A stretch of DNA of 63,745 nt, filler included, from Octopus bimaculoides (lineage: Eukaryota), in NCBI RefSeq assembly GCF_001194135.2. It is 6 parts of 5 records of this genome, joined end to end, with 100 filler letters (N's around TTAATTAATTAA, not from the genome) between each part and the next. Parts side by side here need not be neighbours in the genome. Positions count along the whole stretch, not along the records: positions 43,150 to 59,828 come from NC_069010.1; positions 59,929 to 63,745 come from NC_068986.1; 4 more parts are not named here. One strand, given 5' to 3'. Under the pieces are notes generated by a model. That model had not been told where the DNA came from. It made no database searches and worked only from the letters and a program-made list of their open reading frames with translations. This document shows positions 52,408 through 61,583 of the stretch, in pieces. A program made the translations under genes and the position numbers. Each line of letters opens with the position of its first letter. Positions within the stretch are counted from its first letter, which is position 1.

Positions 52408-55199
52408 TTAATAAATAAAATGGGTTGTTTTTAGATAAAAATTCAAGGTGAGACAAGCAGATTTTGTTAATAAAACAGTGACTTTAATTACCATAAGAAT
52501 TAATTAGATGTAGGCTTAGATGTAATGATTATATAAATAATAACACAGGTGAAGCTGTTTGGACCTGTCAAGCCAGGTGTAAACATAATCATAGCTGATG
52601 CTGGTGTCACGTAACTGGCACATGTGCCGGTGGCATGTAAAAAGCACCTTTTGAGCATTGGGCCTTCTGGAGGCAATGTGGCCGAAGCCAGTGGTATGTA
52701 AAAAAGCAGCTTTTGAGTATTGGGTGTCACACAGGCAATGGCAAATGAGTGAGACCTTTAGTTATATGCTGTGATTGAGAAGAAGACCCATCAAGCCAAG
52801 TGAAATCATAGCTGTAGCAGATACTGGTGTAATGCAACTGGCATTCGTACCAGTGGAACGTAAAAGCACCCGTTACACTCTTGGAGTGGTTGGCATCAGT
52901 AATGGCATCCAGCTGTAGAAACCATGCCAAATCAAACTAGAGTTTGGTGCAGCCCCTCAGCATCCCAGCTCTGGTCAAACCATCCAACCCACACCAGCAT
53001 GGACAACAGACGCTAAATGATGATGAAGTCTTGAGGTTCAGTCCCACTGCATGTGTCTTCTACTATAGCAGGGTTTCGCAATCATATTTTACCTATGGAT
53101 CCCTTTCATTTCTATTTTACTAGGGGCTGGAGATAGAGAGTATTTCTAGCTAATTAATTCCGTATTGGAATAGTACTCAGTTCAGGTCTAAGGAAAGAGG
53201 TACTGCCTAAATTTATCCTTTCTGAAATAACTCCACCTGAGAACGACTATATTCACCTATCCACATGTGGCTTATTCCTCTTCTTATACCCAAATAATTT
53301 TAATAAGTTGTGCTTCACTAACATCCTCATGTTTGNNNNNNNNNNCCTCTTCTTATACCCAAATAATTTTAATAAGTTGTGCTTCACTAACATCCTCATG
53401 TTTGCTCCGATTCTTTTTACTGCCCTTTCAAAAATACAAACACTCTGTACTTGTTGTTAACAGTTTCTTATATGTATTAACCCTCTCAACCACTTAGACT
53501 CTCTGAAGAAGCCTAGAGGCACATTCATCATCCAAACTTTATCTGCCCATNNNNNNNNNNNNNNNNNNNNNNNNNNNNNNNNNNNNNNNNNNNNNNNNNN
53601 NNNNNNNNNNNNNNNNNNNNNNNNNNNNNNNNNNNNNNNNNNNNNNNNNNTAGATGGATTGGTAGATAAATAGAAAGGAAGATAGATAATTAGTAGAAGT
53701 CGCAAAGTGACTTAAGTACTGAAAGTTTCACATGCATGTACTAATTTGCATACGAGCGCATGCGCACATGTATTCATCTGCATACGCGCACTCGCACACG
53801 CACTTGTTGTAGGATCGACTACTCACGACTAGCTAGCGTGGGTGCTCGTTGGGGACCACTCTGCTTTAGTAGTACCGGAGTAATATTTACTGTATTTTAT
53901 ACTTGGAGAAAAAAATATTTTTCCCAAATGTTCACTTCATTAGAAAAACTGTATCAGCTTTTGTAAATGCATTAAAAATACTATAACATAATCTGAACAT
54001 TATTTCAGAAATAAACTCCGTTCTCTTGCAGCATATAAAAGACAAATTTAGGTGAGGCGAAATGAGGTAAGTTTGTTGCTGCAGTTCTTCAGAATTACAT
54101 TTGAAATCAGATTCATACGCATCAATATCCATCCTTACACATTCGAATTATCAGAAATGTAAGAAGAATATAAAATATCTAGAGTAAATTGAAAAAGAAT
54201 ATGAAATTAACAGAATTTGACCAAATAAAAAAATCTCAGCATAAAGTTTTCTCTGTAGCTTTTTCACGATCTTCAGTCCCATTGCATGGCATCTTGGGCA
54301 AATGTCTTCAATCGTAACCTCAGGACAACCGAAGCCTTGTGAGCGGATTTGGTAGATGGAAACTGATAGAAGCCTGTCGTGTGTGTATTTGTACATATGT
54401 GTGTGTGTCATTGTGTCTGTGTTTGTCTCGCCCATCACCAACAAAGGGACTGATAGAATAAGTAGTAGGGTTTATAAAATGAAATAATTCCTCCAAAGCA
54501 ATGCTCCAGCATGTCTACAGTCAAATGACTAAAACAAGTAAAAGAAAGAATATAGGCAAAATGAAATACCTCGTTTCAGNNNNNNNNNNNNNNNNNNNNN
54601 NNNNNNNNNNNNNNNNNNNNNNNNNNNNNNNNNNNNNNNNNNNNNNNNNNNNNNNNNNNNNNNNNNNNNNNNNNNNNNNNNNNNNNNNNNNNNNNNNNNN
54701 NNNNNNNNNNNNNNNNNNNNNNNNNNNNNNNNNNNNNNNNNNNNNNNNNNNNNNNNNNNNNNNNNNNNNNNNNNNNNNNNNNNNNNNNNNNNNNNNNNNN
54801 NNNNNNNNNNNNNNNNNNNNNNNNNNNNNNNNNNNNNNNNNNNNNNNNNNNNNNNNNNNNNNNNNNNNNNNNNNNNNNNNNNNNNNNNNNNNNNNNNNNN
54901 NNNNNNNNNNNNNNNNNNNNNNNNNNNNNNNNNNNNNNNNNGACTAAAACAAGTAAAAGAAAGAATATAGGCAAAATGAAATACCTCGTTTCAGTCAGAC
55001 TGCGATCATGTTGGAGCACTCACTGCCTTGAAGAATTTTAGTCCAACGAAATCGATCCTAGTGCTTTAAGCTTGGTGCTTATTCTATAGGTTGCTTTTCC
55101 TGAACTGCCAAGTTTCAGGGACATAAACACCCCACCAAACACACACACATATTTATATATATTAAAAGTGTGGAAGGCCGATCCATGGGATAACCTTAG

Positions 55200-55900
55200 G
55201 TTTCCCATCCATAAAGGGTTTAGGTTTATGGTATATTGTCAGATCCTTGGAGGAGGAAATACCTCACTACTCAAAGGTAACAATTGGGATCGTCTCCCTT
55301 AGCTATCAACTTCCAGCTGTGCCACCATCTTGTGGTCCCTAAAAGGCGAGCAGGAACCTCCTGAAATGTAAATGTAGTCTGTAAATCTCCATTCTGCTGT
55401 TGTTGCCGTCGGGGGAACTGCCATTGTTGTTAATGTTGTTAACTGTGGCGAGGGTGGCGGCGTTGCTGGTTCTGGTCCCATATCTATGGCTGCTACTGTT
55501 TCTACCAGTGGTATTGCAAGGGCTTGCTAGTACTTTGGCTTCCTAGACAACCCCTTTGATTTCGTAGTGCTCCTCCCCCACCGTGCATCTGTTGAAATCC
55601 ATGCATGAACATCCTGCCTCTAGCCATGGCCTATGGGCACTAACTACAATGCTCTTAATATTGGGGACACAGCTAAAAGAGACTCTAACATTGTACCTGT
55701 TGAAAATGGGCCCGTACCAATGGGAGCTGGTGAAATGCTTATCTATTAATTTAAGGAATATTCTACCTACAGGCATTTTTGTGTTAAGAGAGAGAGGAGG
55801 TTGCAAACCAAATGGTATTTCTGTGATGCTTCCTTCTGTGGCTGTTGGGTTTCCGGCATGTAGGAGGTGTGGTCCCTAAATCCACTGGCAGCTAGAGTCT
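55200..55900 (-). mobile_element. Degenerate Penelope-like element (post-RT linker and start of GIY-YIG) in the spacer of the inverted duplication
   Basis: RNTIWF/QPPLSLNTKMPVGRIFLKLIDKHF...IFNRYNVRVSFSCVPNIKSIV...CSC...KGVV, equivalent to the PLE WFNPP..GK.FL.L.DKHF..IFNRN..K.SYSC.PN block, with a frameshift. Confidence 0.75.
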
Positions 55901-55959
55901 TGTTATAGTAAGGGGCTGCTGCTTAAAATTAGTCTCAATTTCCTGCAAGACTCTCTCTA

Positions 55960-56019
<60 letters not shown>

Positions 56020-57740
56020 TTCTAGTAATCCAGTAGTACTCATAAAAAAGCTCCTTAATGTGTCATTCTACAAAACCTAGAATAAATAGTATGATACAAA
56101 AGAAAACCGTGTTTATATATATAGCCATTAAGAAAATGGAGAGGATACAAAAACGACATACATCAGCAAGTAGACATTCTAGTATGTCTCTTTATTCCAA
56201 AGTTATTAGAAGAATACATACACATGTAATAACAATTGTNNNNNNNNNNNNNNNNNNNNNNNNNNNNNNNNNNNNNNNNNNNNNNNNNNNNNNNNNNNNN
56301 NNNNNNNNNNNNNNNNNNNNNNNNNNNNNNNNNNNNNNNNNNNNNNNNNNNNNNNNNNNNNNNNNNNNNNNNNNNNNNNNNNNNNNNNNNNNNNNNNNNN
56401 NNNNNNNNNNNNNNNNNNNNNNNNNNNNNNNNNNNNNNNNNNNNNNNNNNNNNNNNNNNNNNNNNNNNNNNNNNNNNNNNNNNNNNNNNNNNNNNNNNNN
56501 NNNNNNNNNNNNNNNNNNNNNNNNNNNNNNNNNNNNNNNNNNNNNNNNNNNNNNNNNNNNNNNNNNNNNNNNNNNNNNNNNNNNNNNNNNNNNNNNNNNN
56601 NNNNNNNNNNNNNNNNNNNNNNNNNNNNNNNNNNNNNNNNNNNNNNNNNNNNNNNNNNNNNNNNNNNNNNNNNNNNNNNNNNNNNNNNNNNNNNNNNNNN
56701 NNNNNNNNNNNNNNNNNNNNNNNNNNNNNNNNNNNNNNNNNNNNNCATATAAGAAACTGTTAACAACAAGTACAAAGTGTTTGTATTTTTGAAAGGGCAG
56801 TAAAAAGAATCGGAGCAAACATGAGGATGTTAGTGAAGCACAACTTATTAAAATTATTTGGGTATAAGAAGAGGAATAAGCCACATGTGGATAGGTGAAT
56901 ATAGTCGTTCTCAGAAGGAGTTAGTTCAGGAAGGATGAATTTAGGCAGTACTTCTTTCCTTAGACCTGAAATGAGTACCATTCCAATGCGGAATTAATTA
57001 GCTAGAAATACTCTCTATCTCCAGCCCCTTGTAAAATAGAAATGAAAGGGATCCATAGGTAAAATATGATTGCGAAACCCTGCTATAGTAGAAGACACAT
57101 GCAGTGGGACTGAACCTCAAGACTTCATCATCATTTAGCGTCTGTTGTCCATGCTGGTGTGGGTTGGATGGTTTGACCAGAGCTGGGATGCTGAGGGGCT
57201 GCACCAAACTCTAGTTTGATTTGGCATGGTTTCTACAGCTGGATGCCCTCCATGATGCCAACCACTCCAAGAGTGTAACGGGTGCTTTTACGTTCCACTG
57301 GCACGAATGCCAGTTGCATTACACCAGTATCTGCTACAGCTATGATTTCACTTGGCTTGATGGGTCTTCTTCTCAATCACAGCATATAACTAAAGGTCTC
57401 ACTCATTTGCCATTGCCTGTGTGACACCCAATACTCAAAAGCTGCTTTTTTACATACCACTGGCTTCGGCCACATTGCCTCCAGAAGGCCCAATGCTCAA
57501 AAGGTGCTTTTTACATGCCACCGGCACATGTGCCAGTTACGTGACACCAGCATCAGCTATGACTATGTTTACACCTGGCTTGACAGGTCCAAACAGCTTC
57601 ACCTGTGTTATTATTTATATAATCATTACATCTGAGCCTACATCTAATTAATTCTTATGGTAGTTAAAGTCACTGTTTTATTAACAAAATCTGCTTGTCT
57701 CAACCTTGAGTTCTTATCTAAAACCCATTTTATTTATTAA

Positions 57741-57754
57741 TTTTTCTTCTGCAG
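57741..57754 (+). promoter_or_regulatory. 3' splice acceptor of a 5'-UTR intron, 28 nt upstream of the ACOT ATG
   Basis: TTTTTCTTCTGCAG| polypyrimidine tract plus CAG; conserved in the other copy. Confidence 0.65.
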
Positions 57755-57782
57755 TCCTCAAAGTATACACTGACCAAGAAAG

Positions 57783-59340
57783 ATGATCCTCCGTCCATCC
57801 TACCAACTACTCTCTGCTCTACGTCACATACCCAGCTACCCAACAGTCTTACCCAGAGTGCTAGTTTCAACCCGCTGCCCAGTTTCGGTAACAGTGAATC
57901 CAGAAAATGGTTTGGNNNNNNNNNNNNNNNNNNNNNNNNNNNNNNNNNNNNNNNNNNNNNNNNNNNNNNNNNNNNNNNNNNNNNNNNNNNNNNNNNNNNN
58001 NNNNNNNNNNNNNNNNNNNNNNNNNNNNNNNNNNNNNNNNNNNNNNNNNNNNNNNNNNNNNNNNNNNNNNNNNNNNNNNNNNNNNNNNNNNNNNNNNNNN
58101 NNNNNNNNNNNNNNNNNNNNNNNNNNNNNNNNNNNNNNNNNNNNNNNNNNNNNNNNNNNNNNNNNNNNNNNNNNNNNNNNNNNNNNNNNNNNNNNNNNNN
58201 NNNNNNNNNNNNNNNNNNNNNNNNNNNNNNNNNNNNNNNNNNNNNNNNNNNNNNNNNNNNNNNNNNNNNNNNNNNNNNNNNNNNNNNNNNNNNNNNNNNN
58301 NNNNNNNNNNNNNNNNNNNNNNNNNNNNNNNNNNNNNNNNNNNNNNNNNNNNNNNNNNNNNNNNNNNNNNNNNNNNNNNNNNNNNNNNNNNNNNNNNNNN
58401 NNNNNNNNNNNNNNNNNNNNNNNNNNNNNNNNNNNNNNNNNNNNNNNNNNNNNNNNNNNNNNNNNNNNNNNNNNNNNNNNNNNNNNNNNNNNNNNNNNNN
58501 NNNNNNNNNNNNNNNNNNNNNNNNNNNNNNNNNNNNNNNNNNNNNNNNNNNNNNNNNNNNNNNNNNNNNNNNNNNNNCAGACAACGACGACGATATCCTG
58601 CTGTGATAGATCTGTTTGGTAGCACTGGTTCTTTGATAGAATCCAGAGGTGCTTTGTTAGCATCCCATGGATTTATTACTTTAAGTTTGGCTTATTTTGG
58701 TTATAAAGACTTACCTTCAGTCATCACCGAGGTTGATTTTGAATATTTCGAAGAGGCTATTGAGTGGTTTATTAACCACGAGCAAGTTTCCAGTGAGAAT
58801 GGTATAGGTGTTTTAGGAACATCTCTAGGAGGAATAATAGCTCTATACATAGTGAAACAGTGTCCACAAGTAAGCGCTGTTATAAGTATTAACGCTTCGC
58901 CAGCCTTCTTTGTTTTTAGCATCCGCCATAATGGTAAACAGCTTCCAAGCTCTTCTCTGGACTATGGCAGTTTTAAAGTGAAAGATGATGGGAGTTTATT
59001 GGCATTGTGGAAAGTAGATGAATCTAAACTGTTTTATTTCGATGAGACTTGTCGTAGCAAAGTATTGTTTCTTATTAGCGGTGATGACCAGGTGGTTTAT
59101 ACAAGTGACTATTACCTCTGGTTTGACAAGTTAACACCAACCAAGAGAAAAGATGTTGAATTTATTATGTATGAGGGTGCAGGTCACCTTTTGGAACCCC
59201 CATACACCCCTCTGTTTCACACTTGTTATACTGCTTTGTATGGCCGTCCAACGGTATTTGGGGGTTATCCTCGACCACATGCTGAAGCACAAGAAAAGTC
59301 CTGGTTAAAGATAAGGGAATTTTTTGCTGAAAATCTATAA
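57783..59340 (+). CDS. ACOT: Type-I acyl-CoA thioesterase / BAAT-family enzyme, single coding exon, about 450 aa after correcting the 662-N gap (457 bp in the other copy), with predicted mitochondrial presequence
   Basis: ATG at 57783 follows an in-frame TGA. N-terminus MILRPSYQLLSALRHIPSYPTVLPRVLVSTRC is R/S/L-rich with no acidic residues. Family motifs YPAVIDLFGSTGSLIESRGALLASHGF, nucleophile elbow GTSLGG (Ser codon 58822-58824), LFLISGDDQ (Asp) and YEGAGHLLEPPY (His). TAA ends at 59340; C-terminus FFAENL has no PTS1. 57916-58577 is N, so that part is unverified and no specific paralog is assignable. Confidence 0.9.
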
Positions 59341-59699
59341 AAATTTCAACAGTGATTTGATAGTGTAGTTTATATTTGTGATAACGAGATCAATAATGGT
59401 TATAAGGCAGCAAGCTGTCAGAACTGGTAGTGCTCGAGGCAAAATGCTTGACGGCATTTTGTCTGTCAGTATGTTCTGAGTTCAAATTCCATCAAGGTTG
59501 GCTTTACGTCTCTTCCTTTTGGTATTGCTAAAATAAGTACCAGTTGAAACACGGATCAGTGTAATTGACTCATCCCCTCCTCTCATCGTCTGATATTGCT
59601 GGCCTTGTACCAAAGATTGAAATCGATATTAATGATTGCAATGAGGATGAGAATCAGATGATGACTATTTTACAACAATTATAATGTTTTTAATTATGA

Positions 59700-59705
59700 A
59701 ATAAA
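59700..59705 (+). terminator. Candidate polyadenylation signal for the + ACOT copy
   Basis: AATAAA about 360 nt after the stop, followed by T-rich sequence; mirrored at 50620-50625 on the - strand. Confidence 0.4.
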
Positions 59706-59928
59706 GACACATTTATATTGTTGACTCTTTTCTTACCAAATTTATTTTTGTAATTAACTGCCTTTTATTTTATTTCTCTTCTTTTTTATTTTGAAAATGA
59801 AGAATTTAGTAAAATAACATTGTCATCANNNNNNNNNNNNNNNNNNNNNNNNNNNNNNNNNNNNNNNNNNNNTTAATTAATTAANNNNNNNNNNNNNNNN
59901 NNNNNNNNNNNNNNNNNNNNNNNNNNNN

Positions 59929-59971
<43 letters not shown>

Positions 59972-61538
59972 CTTTTACTAGTTTCAGTCGTTTGACTTGA
60001 CTGCGGCCATGCTGGGGTACCGCCGTGAAGAATTTTTCGTCGTATGAATCAACCCGTGTACTGTTTTTGTCGAGCCTAGTATTTATTCTAACCGTCTCTC
60101 TTGCCGAACTGCCAAGTTATGGGGACGTAAACACACCAACACTTGTAGTCAAGCAGTATTGGTGGTGGGGTGGGGGGACAAACACAAAGGCAGGTACACA
60201 CACATACACAACGGGCTTCTTTCAATTCCCGTCTACCACATCCACTCACAAGTGTTTGATCGGTCCGGTGCTATAGTAGAAGACAGTTGTGCAAGGTGCC
60301 ATATAGCAGGACTGAACCTAAATGTCCGACAAAACATTTTGCTGTATTCTTCTTTGTTTCGGTTTGGTTCTGTGTTCAAATCCCGTACAGGCTAGCTACA
60401 GCTTTCATTATTTCGAAGATAGAAGTCGGTGAAATGGCAGAATCGTTAGCACGTCGACCAAAATGCATTTCGTCAGTTTTTCTTTTTTTCATGTTTTGAG
60501 TTCAAATTTCGCCCAGCTCGATTTTGCCTTTCATCCATTTGGAATCGTTCAATCAAGTACCAGTCAAGTGCTGGTTTCGATGTGATTGACTGTCTCCATC
60601 CCCACAAATTCCAGGCCTTGTACCTAAAGTAGAAAAGATTATTTCGAGGACGAAATATAACACCAGTTCTATCAAGTTTTAACGTTCATCGTATTAATTT
60701 AAATCCACACCTTACAAGCGCTGGCCTTGTGCTACTACGCTAAGTTTTTCCACGAACCTTCTCTTTCAGAAAAGCCTTTGAATGGGCGGAAGTGTGTATG
60801 AATGCATGTATATGTATGTTTGTGCGTATATGTGTGTATATGTATGTATGTGTGTTTGTGTGCGCGCGCGTTTGTATGAGAGTAAAATTAGTTAACGGTA
60901 GATAGTGAAAGTAGGAGAGACAGGCAAAATTGAGAGGATAGAAAGACAGGTGAATGGATCAAAATGGAAGAAATTATGGAGAAGGCGAACTGGAAGCGTG
61001 GAATAAAATGAAAGAAGAGAGAGAGAGAGAGGGAGAGAGAGAGAGAGGGAGAGAGAGGGAGAGGGAGAGAGAGAGAGAGAAGATGAATAATGAACTAATA
61101 AAATGCAGAACGATATATATATACATATACATACATATATATATNNNNNNNNNNNNNNNNNNNNNNNNNNNNNNNNNNNNNNNNNNNNNNNNNNNNNNNN
61201 NNNNNNNNNNNNNNNNNNNNNNNNNNNNNNNNNNNNNNNNNNNNNNNNNNNNNNNNNNNNNNNNNNNNNNNNNNNNNNNNNNNNNNNNNNNNNNNNNNNN
61301 NNNNNNNNNNNNNNNNNNNNNNNNNNNNNNNNNNNNNNNNNNNNNNNNNNNNNNNNNNNNNNNNNNNNNNNNNNNNNNNNNNNNNNNNNNNNNNNNNNNN
61401 NNNNNNNNNNNNNNNNNNNNNNNNNNNNNNNNNNNNNNNNNNNNNNNNNNNNNNNNNNNNNNNNNNNNNNNNNNNNNNNNNNNNNNNNNNNNNNNNNNNN
61501 NNNNNNNNNNNNNNNNNNNNNNNNNNNNNNNNNNNNNN

Positions 61539-61583
<45 letters not shown>

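Larger units (their letters stand above)
50496..53474. repeat. Left arm of large inverted duplication containing the ACOT gene
   Basis: 50496 TGATGACAATGTTATTTTACTAA pairs with 59828, and CAGTTTCTTATATG ending 53474 pairs with 56746. Shared SINE copies and CDS in between. Confidence 0.9.
56746..59828. repeat. Right arm of large inverted duplication containing the ACOT gene (both ends cut by gaps)
   Basis: Continuous reverse-complement match to 53474-50496, with one 40-bp indel and scattered substitutions. Confidence 0.9.

Noticed and set aside
52500-52930. Near-identical ORF pairs at 52500-52930(-) and 57221-57651(+)
   Set aside because: SINE-derived sequence inside the duplicated arms; no coding signature.
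57907-59340. 477-aa and 448-aa lengths given in the ORF track for the ACOT copies
   Set aside because: The lengths are distorted by N runs and GTG starts; cross-filling the gaps gives 1353 bp (450 aa plus stop) for both.
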